A stretch of DNA of 64,000 bases from positions 84,357-148,356 of the forward strand of contig JBKBRF010000010.1 in the NCBI GenBank assembly GCA_046292385.1, given 5' to 3'. The notes beneath the pieces were generated by a model. The model saw only the letters and a list, made by a program, of their open reading frames with translations, did no database searches and was not told the DNA's origin. This document shows positions 30,974-40,712 of the stretch, one piece after another. This DNA is from Armatimonadota bacterium (GTDB taxonomy: Bacteria; Armatimonadota; SYMT01). Numbering within the stretch: the stretch's first letter is position 1; each line of letters starts with the position of its first letter. Position numbers and translations under genes: made by a program.

Positions 30974-31162
30974 CCCGTCTCCCCTTCCGCTGCGCCCGTC
31001 GCACGCCGGCCCTACGCACGCTCCAAGCTCCGTGCCAACCACGCAGGGCCACACAGGGCAAAGAAGCAGGCGCGTGGAACCTTTAGTCAGACTCCACCCA
31101 GCACTCCTGCTCGCGCCTCGCCTTCTCCGGCAGCGGCAGGCTGCTCCTCTTATTCTCTCCCG

Positions 31163-32164
31163 ATGTCGAACAAGATCGCCATTACACCCGTTGCCCTTCG
31201 CGAACCGCAGAATCCGATCGCGGTGACCCTGCGGGAGCGGGGCTTCACCGTGGCGCAGCACCCGGAAATGACGCCTCCCAGCCCGGAAGAGCAGCGGGCG
31301 CTGCTGGACGGCGCGATCGGTTTCATCGCCGGACCGGAGCCGGTCGGCCGCGAGGCGCTGGCAGCGGCGGGATCGCTGCGCGTCGTGTCCCGCTTTGGAG
31401 TGGGGTACGACAACATCGACCTCCAGGCGGCGACCGACCTCGGCATCATCGTCACCTACGTGCCGGACGCGATGGTGGAAGCGGTGGCCGACCTCACCCT
31501 CGGGCTGCTGATCACTGCCGCGCGGCGCATCTCGGAGCTCGACGCCGCCGCCAAGCGGGGAGATTGGGTGCGGGTGATCGCGGCCGACGTCTCCGGCGCC
31601 ACGCTGGGTCTGGTCGGCACCGGCCGGATCGGCCTGGCGGTGGCGCGCCGGGCGAAAGCGTTCGGGATGCGGCTCCTCGGCTGCGATCCGTATCCCAACC
31701 GCACCTTTACGGAAGAGCTGGGCGGCCGGTACGTGCCGCTGGAAGAGCTGGCCGCCGGCTCCGACTTCCTGAGCCTGCACATGCCGGCCACGTCGGAGAC
31801 CCGGAACCTGATCGGCCCGGAGCTGCTCGCGCGGATGAGGCCCACGGCGTTCCTGGTGAACGCGGCGCGCGGGTCGGTAGTCGACGAGCCCGCCCTCCTG
31901 GTGGCACTCGACGAGGGGCGGCTCGCCGGGGCCGCGCTCGACGTCTTCAGCGTGGAGCCGCCCGCGCCCGATTCCGCCGCCGCCCGGCTGATGCGCCATC
32001 CGAGGGTGGTCGCCACCCCGCACGTCGCCTCGTTTACGCCGGCTACGGTAGCGCGGATGGGACAGTGCGCGCTCGAGAACCTGCTGACGGTGCTGGACGG
32101 CCGCCGGCCGGAGCACGTCGCCAACCCGGAGGTCTACGAGCGCGGGCTGCGGTTCGGAGCGTGA
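31163..32164 (+). CDS. D-isomer-specific 2-hydroxyacid dehydrogenase (phosphoglycerate dehydrogenase-like)
   Basis: RFGVGYDNID, GTGRIG, LVNAARG, AALDVFSVEP, TPHVAS. Confidence 0.92.
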   Translation: MSNKIAITPVALREPQNPIAVTLRERGFTVAQHPEMTPPSPEEQRALLDGAIGFIAGPEPVGREALAAAGSLRVVSRFGVGYDNIDLQAATDLGIIVTYVPDAMVEAVADLTLGLLITAARRISELDAAAKRGDWVRVIAADVSGATLGLVGTGRIGLAVARRAKAFGMRLLGCDPYPNRTFTEELGGRYVPLEELAAGSDFLSLHMPATSETRNLIGPELLARMRPTAFLVNAARGSVVDEPALLVALDEGRLAGAALDVFSVEPPAPDSAAARLMRHPRVVATPHVASFTPATVARMGQCALENLLTVLDGRRPEHVANPEVYERGLRFGA

Positions 32165-32204
32165 CGAGCAGAGACGAGACCCTGGACACGGAGGAGCGGA
32201 AAGC

Positions 32205-32654
32205 ATGTTCGGAGAGACGGCGGTGGGGCAGTTCGGGCGGGTGATCCTGTTCACGGGGCAGCAGCGGGGCGGCCGCGACGGCGGGCCGGTCTGCCGGTTC
32301 GTGCTGGACGGCCGCTCCGGCGTGCTCCTCGACCTCGGGCGGATCGACTGCTTCGCGGTGGAGCCGCACCACCACACGCAGACGCCGCGGATGAACGAGG
32401 AGATGGAGTACCCGGTCGAGATCCGCACCGACCTGGCGGAGATGGGAAAGCGGCTCACACTGGACGAGTGGCAGGAGTGCGCACGGCGGGCCGTCGGCTG
32501 GCTGCGGAACGACTTCACCCGGGAACTCCAGGAATCGGGCTGGGGCGCCTGGGTGATCAACGCGGTGGAGCGGGAAAAGCCGGCGCTGGCCGACGCCGCC
32601 GAGCGGTTCCTGCTGGAGAACCCGCCGACCGGACTGGCCGATGCAGAGTCGTAG
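32205..32654 (+). CDS. Hypothetical protein
   Basis: GGAGG RBS, typical codon usage, in operon position. Confidence 0.65.
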   Translation: MFGETAVGQFGRVILFTGQQRGGRDGGPVCRFVLDGRSGVLLDLGRIDCFAVEPHHHTQTPRMNEEMEYPVEIRTDLAEMGKRLTLDEWQECARRAVGWLRNDFTRELQESGWGAWVINAVEREKPALADAAERFLLENPPTGLADAES

Positions 32655-33741
32655 CGGTTTCCGCCCCCTCGCCGCGGCGGCGCTGCTCCTGGCGGCGGGC
32701 GCGGCGCTGGCGGCGCCGGGAGTGATGCGCTCCGCCGCCGGCACCGGGCAGCAGGGCTACTCCGGCGACGGCGGCCCCGCCGCGCAGGCGCGGCTGGACC
32801 AGCCGTTCCACTGCAGCATGGACCGCCGCGGCAACCTCTACGTCGCGGACACCTTCAACCACTGCATCCGCAAGGTGGAGGCCGACACCGGAGTCATCAC
32901 GACGGTCGCCGGCACCGGTCAGAAGGGCTATTCCGGCGACGGCGGGCCGGCCACCCGCGCTACGCTGAACGAGCCGTACGGCGTGCTGCCGGACCGGGCG
33001 GGCAACCTCTTCATCGTCGACCGGCTCAACCGCGTGGTCCGGCGGGTCGACGCGCGAACCGGCATGATCAGCACCTACGCCGGCAGCGGGGAGAACGGCT
33101 ACTCCGGCGATGGCGGCCCCGCCGCCCGCGCGGCGATGAAGGAGCCGAACGCCCTCGACTTCGACCCGAGCGGCAACCTCTACGTCGCCGACGTCAGCGA
33201 TAACCGCATTCGCCGGGTCGACGCGAAGACCGGGATCATCACCACCGCGGCAGGCACTGGGCGGCGGGAGTTTACCGGCGACGGCGGTCCCGCCGCCCAG
33301 GCGAGTATCCAGGGCGCCCGCGGCGTGGCATTCGCCCGCGACGGCACCATGTTCATCTGCGAGCGGGAAGGGAACCGCCTCCGCCGGGTCGATCCGAAGA
33401 CCGGGGTCATCACCACGGTCGCCGGGACCGGCCGGACCGGCTACTCCGGCGACGGCGGACCGGCGCTGCAGGCGACCTTCAACGGTCCCAAGTGGATCCA
33501 CGTCGGCGCGGACGGTCACCTCTACGTGGTCGACACGGAAAACCACTGTGTCCGGCAGATCGACACCCGCCGCTGGACCATCCGCACGGTGGCAGGCGGC
33601 CGGCGCAGCCCCGGCGGCGACGGAGGCCCCGCGCTGGAAGCCGGCATGGACCGACCCCACGGCTGCTGGGTCGACGCGAAGGGCGACCTCTACACCGGCG
33701 ACACCAACAACCACCGCATCCGCGTCAATTCCGTTCGTTAA
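32641..33741 (+). CDS. NHL-repeat beta-propeller protein, secreted
   Basis: Repeated VAGTG..GYSGDGGPA..A.L..P..GNLY(V/I)AD..N..IR. Confidence 0.92.
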   Translation: MQSRSGFRPLAAAALLLAAGAALAAPGVMRSAAGTGQQGYSGDGGPAAQARLDQPFHCSMDRRGNLYVADTFNHCIRKVEADTGVITTVAGTGQKGYSGDGGPATRATLNEPYGVLPDRAGNLFIVDRLNRVVRRVDARTGMISTYAGSGENGYSGDGGPAARAAMKEPNALDFDPSGNLYVADVSDNRIRRVDAKTGIITTAAGTGRREFTGDGGPAAQASIQGARGVAFARDGTMFICEREGNRLRRVDPKTGVITTVAGTGRTGYSGDGGPALQATFNGPKWIHVGADGHLYVVDTENHCVRQIDTRRWTIRTVAGGRRSPGGDGGPALEAGMDRPHGCWVDAKGDLYTGDTNNHRIRVNSVR

Positions 33742-33759
33742 CCCAAGGAGCACACCCCG

Positions 33760-34146
33760 ATGTCCGACACGCCCCGGTTCGCCCCCGGCACCATCTGCTG
33801 GCAGGACCTGACGGTCCCCAACGCCGAGGAAGTGCGCGACTTCTATGCCGCCGTGGTCGGCTGGACCTGGCTCGGCGAGGACATGGGCGGCTACGAAGAC
33901 TACCACATGCTGCCGCCCGGCAGCGACAAGAGCGCGGCCGGGGTCTGCCACGCCCGGGGCTGCAATGCCGACGTGCCGCCGCAGTGGCTGGTCTATATCA
34001 ACGTCGCCGACATGGCGCAGAGCGTGGCGAAGGTCCGGGAGCTCGGCGGCGAGGTGGTGGTGGAGCCGCGCGGGATGGGCCCGGGCCTCTTCGCCGTGAT
34101 CCGCGATCCCGCCGGGGCGATGTGCGCGCTCTACCAACCCTCGTAG
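33760..34146 (+). CDS. VOC/glyoxalase family protein
   Basis: ICWQDLTVPNAEEVRDFY..VVGW; WLVYINV; IRDPAGA. Confidence 0.9.
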   Translation: MSDTPRFAPGTICWQDLTVPNAEEVRDFYAAVVGWTWLGEDMGGYEDYHMLPPGSDKSAAGVCHARGCNADVPPQWLVYINVADMAQSVAKVRELGGEVVVEPRGMGPGLFAVIRDPAGAMCALYQPS

Positions 34147-34258
34147 GTCCGGTACCTGCCGGACCGGCGATGGAAACATCGCGGTGCGGTCCACAGTCTG
34201 ATACCTCGGCTGCGGCTCTGAAGCGGCTTCGCTTCGGATTTGAAGGAGGTGGCGCTCC

Positions 34259-36025
34259 ATGCACTCCTGGCGCCGGGTCATCTTCGTGCCGGTCTTGCTG
34301 CTCGGCGCGCTTCTTCCAGCTGCCCTGGAGAGCGCCGAGCAGCCAAAAGCTGCTGGAGAGCGCGCCCGGGCGATTGCCCGGGCCCTGGAAGCGCGGCGGC
34401 TGCCGGAAGCGCTCGCCGCCGCGGAGCGGGCGGCCCGCGAGCTTCCCGATAATCCGCAGATCCGCCTCCGCTGCGCACAGGCGCAAATCGCTCGCGCCCT
34501 TACCACGAACCTGCGGGTGCAGGTGGCGCTCCGCGATGCTCTCCTTGAGAAGCAGCTCTCCGTCACGGTGCGGTGGCTGGCGACGTTCACTCCGGACCAG
34601 TTCGAGCAGCACCGGCTCGACGCCGTCCGGTTGGAAGAGCTCGCGGCGGTCGCCCGCAGTCCGCAGGTCGAGGCGTTCCGTCAGGCCGCCCGGCGCGGCG
34701 CCGCCGAGTGCCGGCCGTCGCTGGGGGAGACGGCGGCAGCTCTGAAAGCGTCTCAGGCGGCGCTGCGAGAAGCGCGGGCACTCGGCGCGTCCGGCGCGGA
34801 GCTGGAGCTGACGGAGCTGTGGGCGTGGTTTCTGGCGCTCCTCTGGCGCGACGACCTGAGCCGGCTGGAGCAGTCGGTAAGACTCAGCGAGCCGGAGTCC
34901 GACCTGCTGCCGGACCTGGCCTCGCTCGCGAAGGTGTTTACCACTTTCGGTGCGCTGACGCCTGACGTGGTACTGGACCGCTGCGCCGAGGTGATACGGC
35001 GTTACCCCGAGGACGCGGGCGCGCTGGCGGGCGCTGCCGATCTGGTTGGGCTGGTCTGTGTGCTGGCGGAGAAGCCGGATCCGCTGCGAAAGCACCTGAT
35101 GGGGGTGCTCGAGCCGCGCTACCTTCCGAACGGAGGACGGTTCAGCCGGGAGCGCACTCCGGAGGCGCGGACGGCGGCGCGGGAGTTGTTCACGCGTACC
35201 ACCACGCCGCGTGAGCCGAACCTGAACGTCGCTCCGGCCGAGGCGGTCTGGATTCTCTACCGGCGGGCGCACGAGATCGGGGCGCGGGAGAGTTCCGTCC
35301 TCCCGTACCTACCTCTCCGGCGTTACCTGCTGGAGCTCGCCTTCAATCCCGAGAGCGCGGAGGCCCTCCTCAAGGAGGCGGCGCGACTCGATCCGCGCAA
35401 CGCGGCGGTTCCCCTGGAGCGGGCGCGGGCACGGATGCTCGTCAGTGATAGAGCGAGCGAGGCGTTGGCGGAGCTTCGCGCTGCGGGACGGCTGCCAAGG
35501 CTCTCGCGCTCCTACCTCACGGCCGCGCCGTCGACGCTCCGACCGTTCCTGAACCTCGACCTCCGTCTGCGGTCGCTGATCAAAAGGGCATGGCCGAGCT
35601 ACGAGGGGATCTTCACCACACTCCTGGACTCCCAACTCCAGGCCGGCGATGAGAAGGTACGGATGGAGTTTAGACTGCTCCGGCTGCGTCTGGCGGAGCT
35701 GCTCTGCTCGGCCGAAGATGCCGCGGATCAGGCGCAGGGGATTGATTACCGCGGCTCGATCCTGCGAGAGTTGATCGGGTTACAGGAGCAGTTGTCGCCG
35801 GAGCAGATCGCCCGACTGCGAGAGCAGCTCGTGCACCACGAACGGGCCGCGTCCGAGTTTCCGACGGAGCGCACGAGTGTGGTCCTGAGCTCCTCCGGCC
35901 TGGGCTTTTCGGAGTACCCGAGGATCGCCTCGGATCGTTCCGGGGCGGAAGGGATGCAGCTACTCGTGCGGGAGAACGCGTACATGATCTTCCCGAACGT
36001 CACCTACGGCCGCAGTCCCAGGTAG
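34259..36025 (+). CDS. Secreted helical (TPR-like) hypothetical protein
   Basis: GGAGG RBS, signal peptide, AARLDPRNAA TPR-like turn; less biased codon usage. Confidence 0.65.
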   Translation: MHSWRRVIFVPVLLLGALLPAALESAEQPKAAGERARAIARALEARRLPEALAAAERAARELPDNPQIRLRCAQAQIARALTTNLRVQVALRDALLEKQLSVTVRWLATFTPDQFEQHRLDAVRLEELAAVARSPQVEAFRQAARRGAAECRPSLGETAAALKASQAALREARALGASGAELELTELWAWFLALLWRDDLSRLEQSVRLSEPESDLLPDLASLAKVFTTFGALTPDVVLDRCAEVIRRYPEDAGALAGAADLVGLVCVLAEKPDPLRKHLMGVLEPRYLPNGGRFSRERTPEARTAARELFTRTTTPREPNLNVAPAEAVWILYRRAHEIGARESSVLPYLPLRRYLLELAFNPESAEALLKEAARLDPRNAAVPLERARARMLVSDRASEALAELRAAGRLPRLSRSYLTAAPSTLRPFLNLDLRLRSLIKRAWPSYEGIFTTLLDSQLQAGDEKVRMEFRLLRLRLAELLCSAEDAADQAQGIDYRGSILRELIGLQEQLSPEQIARLREQLVHHERAASEFPTERTSVVLSSSGLGFSEYPRIASDRSGAEGMQLLVRENAYMIFPNVTYGRSPR

Positions 36026-36037
36026 AGCGACCGCGGC

Positions 36038-36919
36038 CTATCCGCCGAGGGCGCCGTAGCCGACTGCTTCGACGTGGGTCGGCGCGCGGAACGCTTCCTC
36101 CCACGTGACCCCGTCCGGGGAGCGGAGGAGGCGGCCTTTCCAGGCGGCGCCGACGAACGTTCCGGCGCCGTAGGCGGCGGTGAGCGGCGGGTTCCGGTTG
36201 GGGCGCCGCTCCCACTGGACCCCGTCCGCGCTGAAGTAGCTGGCGCCGAGCCCGATGGCGGCGAACTGCTTGCCGGTCCAGAGCACGGAGTTCAGGTGCT
36301 CGCCTTCGGGACCGGTCACGCGGTGCTCCCACTGCAGCCCGTCTCGGCTTACCATGCGGAGGCCGTGCAGTCCCACGCCGACGAAGACGCCGGCGCCGAA
36401 CGCGACGTCGACCAGCGTGTCGACCGCCTTCGGCTCCGGCACGTCCTGCCAGGTGAGGCCGTCCGTCGAGACGGCGCGGCGGCCGCGGTCCCCCACCGCC
36501 ACGATGCGGCCGCTGCCCCAGGCGAGGCGGCGCAGGACGTTCTTGCCGGAGATCTCCTGCCGCTCGCTCCAGCTCTCGCCGTCCGGAGAATGCACCACGA
36601 ACGGCTGGGACGCGCCGACGGCGCCCGGATCGCCGCCGACCCCCAGGAACCGCCCGGCGGCGTGGCAGAGGCCGAGGAGATAGAGGGCATAGCGAGCGTC
36701 CTGGAGCTGGTTCTTCCAGGTGCGGCCATCTGCCGTGACGGAGAGCAGGTTGCTTCCGCCGAAGCGTCCCGCGGCGACGCACCGTCCACCGCCGAAGCAG
36801 ACCGAGAGAAAGGTCTCGCCCTCGCGGCCGCTCTGCGCGTGCTCCCACCGGATCCCGTCCCGGGAGACGATGCGGAGCCCGTCGTGGCCCGCCGCGACGA
36901 AGAGGCTCTCCCCCGCCAT
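36038..36919 (-). CDS. BNR/Asp-box beta-propeller repeat protein
   Basis: Repeated S.DG..W boxes; start MAGESLF coupled to the DUF1552 stop. Confidence 0.8.
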   Translation of the reverse strand: MAGESLFVAAGHDGLRIVSRDGIRWEHAQSGREGETFLSVCFGGGRCVAAGRFGGSNLLSVTADGRTWKNQLQDARYALYLLGLCHAAGRFLGVGGDPGAVGASQPFVVHSPDGESWSERQEISGKNVLRRLAWGSGRIVAVGDRGRRAVSTDGLTWQDVPEPKAVDTLVDVAFGAGVFVGVGLHGLRMVSRDGLQWEHRVTGPEGEHLNSVLWTGKQFAAIGLGASYFSADGVQWERRPNRNPPLTAAYGAGTFVGAAWKGRLLRSPDGVTWEEAFRAPTHVEAVGYGALGG

Positions 36920-38385
36920 CAGGCGAGCCCCGGGAGCCGGCCGTCGTACGCCGCGTGCGGCGAGCTCCGGCTGTCGCCGAAGGCGTCGACCTTCGCCCCG
37001 ATCCGGTCGAGCAGCTCCACGTAGAGGTTCGCGACCGGTGTCTTCGGCTGGACCGTCACCTGCCGCCCGGTGCGGAGCGTCCCCTGGGCGCGGCCGGCGA
37101 GGAGCGCGGGGTAGTCGTTCGTGCCGTGGCCGCCGTCCGCCATGTAGGAGGTGTAGAGGATCAGGCTGTTGTCGAGCAGCGAGGTGCCGCCCTCGTCGAT
37201 CGCCTTCATCTTCGCGACCATCTCGGCGAAGAAGCCGGTGTACCAGGCGTGGATCTGCCGGCACGCCTCCCGGGCGATCGGGTCGGCGTCTTCCACGCGG
37301 CCGGCGTTCCCCTGGTGCTCCAGGGTGTGGCAGTGCCGCTCATAGCCGACGGTCACCACGCCGGGGAAGTAGGCGCCGTCGTCGCCGATCGCCAGCGTCA
37401 CCACGCGCGTGGTATCGGTCTGGAACGCCAGGACCATCAGGTCGCTCATCAGCCGGATGTACTCGCCGTGCTTCTCCGGGTCGCGGTGGATCTCGTTCGC
37501 GATCTGGTAGAACGGGATCTCCGGCCCCGGGAGATTCTTCGGCAGCACCAGCTTCGAAGAGCCGGGCTGCGCCGCGTCGAGCACCTCCTCCTGAAGCCGC
37601 GCTTCCAGGAAGTCGAGCCGCTTCTCCACCGCGCGAACCGAGTGGAGGTATTCGTCCAGCTTCTGCTGATCGCCGGCTCCCAGCCGCCCGCGCAGCTCCT
37701 TCGCTTCCTCGAGCACGAGGTCGACCACTCCCTGCTCGTAGGAGTCGCGGCGGGCGGTCTTGCTCACCGCCTCCGCCCGCGCGGCGGCGCGGCGCTGCCA
37801 GTTCGGGACGACCGGCTGCCGCCCGCGGAACATCCGCTCGAACACCAGGCGCGGGTTCGGCTCGTACGGCACCGCCTCGTAGGGGGAGCGGAACGAGTAC
37901 TTCGTCTCCGCATTGCTGAGCCCCATCTCCAGCGACGGCAGGAAGGTCTGCCCGCCGACCGCCCGCGCCGCGACCTGGTCGACGGAGATCGCCGCCACCG
38001 GCTTGCCGCCCTCCTTCTTCACCTGCTCCGCGCAGGTCAGGTGCAGGTAGCCGCAGTGCTCGTGCGCGTTGAGCCCCTCGCTCCGGCCGGACTGCGCCAG
38101 GCCCGTTATCAGGAGGAGATCGTCTTTAAGAGGCTCCAGCGGCCTCAGGATGGAGGGCAGCGCGCCGAGCGGACCCGGCTGCGGCAGCCGCCACGACTCC
38201 AGCACCGTCCCACCCGTCACGGTGAAGATTCCCATCCGCAGCGGCGGCCGGGCCTCCTTCGGCACCGGCAGGTCCGCCGCCCGCGCCAAGGCGGGCACCA
38301 GCGACTCCAGGAACGGCAGCGAGAGCATCGCCCCCGCCCCGCGCAGCACGCCCCGCCGGGTGATCGTTCGGTGTGGGTTAGTCAT
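36919..38385 (-). CDS. DUF1552 domain protein
   Basis: TRRGVLRGAGAMLSLPFLESL, ISVDQVAA, KLDEYLHSVRAVE, LAFQTDTTRV. Confidence 0.9.
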   Translation of the reverse strand: MTNPHRTITRRGVLRGAGAMLSLPFLESLVPALARAADLPVPKEARPPLRMGIFTVTGGTVLESWRLPQPGPLGALPSILRPLEPLKDDLLLITGLAQSGRSEGLNAHEHCGYLHLTCAEQVKKEGGKPVAAISVDQVAARAVGGQTFLPSLEMGLSNAETKYSFRSPYEAVPYEPNPRLVFERMFRGRQPVVPNWQRRAAARAEAVSKTARRDSYEQGVVDLVLEEAKELRGRLGAGDQQKLDEYLHSVRAVEKRLDFLEARLQEEVLDAAQPGSSKLVLPKNLPGPEIPFYQIANEIHRDPEKHGEYIRLMSDLMVLAFQTDTTRVVTLAIGDDGAYFPGVVTVGYERHCHTLEHQGNAGRVEDADPIAREACRQIHAWYTGFFAEMVAKMKAIDEGGTSLLDNSLILYTSYMADGGHGTNDYPALLAGRAQGTLRTGRQVTVQPKTPVANLYVELLDRIGAKVDAFGDSRSSPHAAYDGRLPGLA

Positions 38386-38409
38386 AACTCGTCAGGTACT
38401 CCGAACCTG

Positions 38410-38706
38410 ATTCACCACAGAGCGCACAGAGGGCACAGAGAGGGAACCAGAGGGTCGGGCCTGATCCTCCTCACGAGCATCGTACAGCGACCCCGATCCG
38501 AACCTGGTTTACCGCAGAGGACGCGGAGTGCGCAGAGGGGTCGCAGAGGAGGGAAGCAGAGGGACGGGCCTGCCGCGCCTCTCGAGTCCCGTACTGCGAC
38601 CCCGGGGTGTGCCTGTGCTCGTTCTTCTCTCTGCGTCCTCTGCGCTCTCCGCGGTTCAATTCTGGTTCTGTTCCTCTCGGTGTCCTCTGTGTGCTCTGTG
38701 GTGAAT
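38410..38706. repeat. Nested inverted-repeat cassette inside the DUF1592-DUF1552 operon
   Basis: Outer ttcaccacagagcgcacagagggcac / gtgtcctctgtgtgctctgtggtgaa; inner accgcagaggacgcggag / ctctgcgtcctctgcgctctccgcggt. Confidence 0.8.
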
Positions 38707-38712
38707 GGGAAG

Positions 38713-40605
38713 TCAGCCCCGCCCGCGGCGGTACTGGAACGGCACGCTGCGGGTGATGCCGAGGACCAGACTGGAGAAGCGGTAGCCGTTCTTCTCCAAT
38801 CCGTCTACGGTCTCGCGCAGGGTCCACTCGTCGCTCTCTTCCAGCTCGCGGCCCAGGGCATACGACAGCATCTGCGCCGCTAGGTTGCGGGCGAACTCCC
38901 GCTTGCGCGCCAGCAGGACCCGCTTCAGGTCCGCGGCGCCGGTCAGCTTCTCGCCGGTGGGAAGCTCACCGGTGGTGTCGAGCTTCCGCTCGGGCGTGCT
39001 CTCCCGCCAGGCGCCGACTGCGTCGTAGTTATCGAGCGCGAAGCCGAGCGGGTCGAGCTTGCGGTGGCAACCGGCGCAGGAGGGATCGGAGGCATGGCGC
39101 GCGAGCTGCTGGCGGAAGCTGGCCGCCTCGCTCTCCTGCTTCTCCTGCAGCATCCCCGCGGCGTTGGGTGGCGGTGGGGGCGGCGGGGTGCCGAGGATCA
39201 CCTCCAGCACGTACTTGCCGCGCAGCGTGGGGCTGGTGCGGAAGGTGTGCGAGGTAAGCGCGAGGACGCTTCCCATGCCGAGGAGCCCCCCGCGGCGGTG
39301 CTCCGGCCGCAGCGCCACCCGCCGCAGCTCCTTCCCCGAGACGCCTTCCACGCCGTAGTGCCGCGCCAGCTCTTCGTTCAAATAAGTGTAGTCGGCGTCG
39401 AGCAACTCCAGGACGCTGCGGTCCTCCGTCCGCAGCCCGTCGAAGAAGAGCGTCGTCTCCTGTCGCATCGCCTCCCGCAGGCGCGCGTTGAACGCGGGGA
39501 AGAACTCCGTGCTCGGGCGCGCCTGCGCCAGCTTCCGGAGCTGAAGCCACTGCTCTCCGAAGCCGTCGGTCAGCGCCCACGCCCGCGGATCGGCGAGCAT
39601 CCGCCGCACCTGGGCCTCCAGTACCGCGGGTTCGGAGAGCCTGCCGGCGTCCGCCAGCTGGGAGAGCTCTGCGTCCGGCGCCGTACTCCAGAGGAAGTAG
39701 GAGAGCCGCACCGCCAGCTCGTGGGCGTTCACGCGCGCGGCGGCGCCCGGCGGGTCCGCTTCCACGCGGAAGAGGAAGTGCGGCGAGGCGAGCACCGGCT
39801 TCAGGAGGGCGCGGACCGCCGCCTCGTGCTCGGCTCCCTCCGCTCGCGCGCGGTCATACAGCTTCAGCAGCCGCTCTATCTCTTCCGGGCGGGGCGGACG
39901 CCGGTAGGCGCCGCGGAGGAGGCGCTGCGTGACCGCCCCGGCAGCCTCGCGCCCCTCCTTGCCGGCCGCGGGGGCGAGAAGTGCCTGCCGGGCCTTCCCG
40001 TCCGCGAACACCCGCTCCCCGACCTTCTCCGCCGCCGCGAGGTACTTATCGAGCAAGGCCGGGGAGAGCGTAAGGGTGGCGGCCAGGTTGTCGAAGCCGG
40101 TGGTGTTCTCCGAGCCGGGCAGTCCGACTTCCGCCTCGGCATCAAAGTCGATCCCGAAAAGGTCGCGGATCGTCCGGTTGTACTCGGTCAGCGTCAGGCG
40201 GCGCAGGACGGAGGGTCCGGGATCTCGCCGGGCCGGGTCCTGCGGATCGAGGTACTCCGCCGCCGCGTGTGCCCACTGGAGCAGGGCCGCCCGCGCGGCG
40301 GGGGAAAGCGGCTTCGAGCCTTTCGGCGGCATCGAGCCGGCTTCCACCTGCGCCGAGATCCGCCGCCACAGGCGCCGTTGGCGCGCCGCGGAGGCGCCGT
40401 CGGCGAGGCCGGAGAGATCGACCCCTCCCACCTGCCGCTCCGCGCTGTGACACCCGGTGCAGTGCGCGGCCAGGGCCGGCTTCACCGCCGTGTCGAACGC
40501 CTTCGGATCGGGCCGCGCGGCCTGCAGCGCTACGGAGCACGGCACCGCCACCGTGGTGACGAGCAGCGAGGCGAAGAGTCCGTGTCGTGAGGTGAAGTGG
40601 GGCAT
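38713..40605 (-). CDS. DUF1592/1588/1587/1595/1585 (PSD/PSCyt) cytochrome-c-like protein
   Basis: CTGCH and CAGCH, LRRLTLTEYNRTIRDL, LSYFLWS, TSPTLRG, DPLGFALDNYD. Confidence 0.9.
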   Translation of the reverse strand: MPHFTSRHGLFASLLVTTVAVPCSVALQAARPDPKAFDTAVKPALAAHCTGCHSAERQVGGVDLSGLADGASAARQRRLWRRISAQVEAGSMPPKGSKPLSPAARAALLQWAHAAAEYLDPQDPARRDPGPSVLRRLTLTEYNRTIRDLFGIDFDAEAEVGLPGSENTTGFDNLAATLTLSPALLDKYLAAAEKVGERVFADGKARQALLAPAAGKEGREAAGAVTQRLLRGAYRRPPRPEEIERLLKLYDRARAEGAEHEAAVRALLKPVLASPHFLFRVEADPPGAAARVNAHELAVRLSYFLWSTAPDAELSQLADAGRLSEPAVLEAQVRRMLADPRAWALTDGFGEQWLQLRKLAQARPSTEFFPAFNARLREAMRQETTLFFDGLRTEDRSVLELLDADYTYLNEELARHYGVEGVSGKELRRVALRPEHRRGGLLGMGSVLALTSHTFRTSPTLRGKYVLEVILGTPPPPPPPNAAGMLQEKQESEAASFRQQLARHASDPSCAGCHRKLDPLGFALDNYDAVGAWRESTPERKLDTTGELPTGEKLTGAADLKRVLLARKREFARNLAAQMLSYALGRELEESDEWTLRETVDGLEKNGYRFSSLVLGITRSVPFQYRRGRG

Positions 40606-40712
40606 ACGGCGACGAGGCGGACGTACTCTGCCGGGGCGTTGGCGAGGGTCCCAGGTCGAGTTCAATTGTCGGGTGAAGCCGACCGACAGTCAGATCGAAA
40701 CACCAGGTTGGA

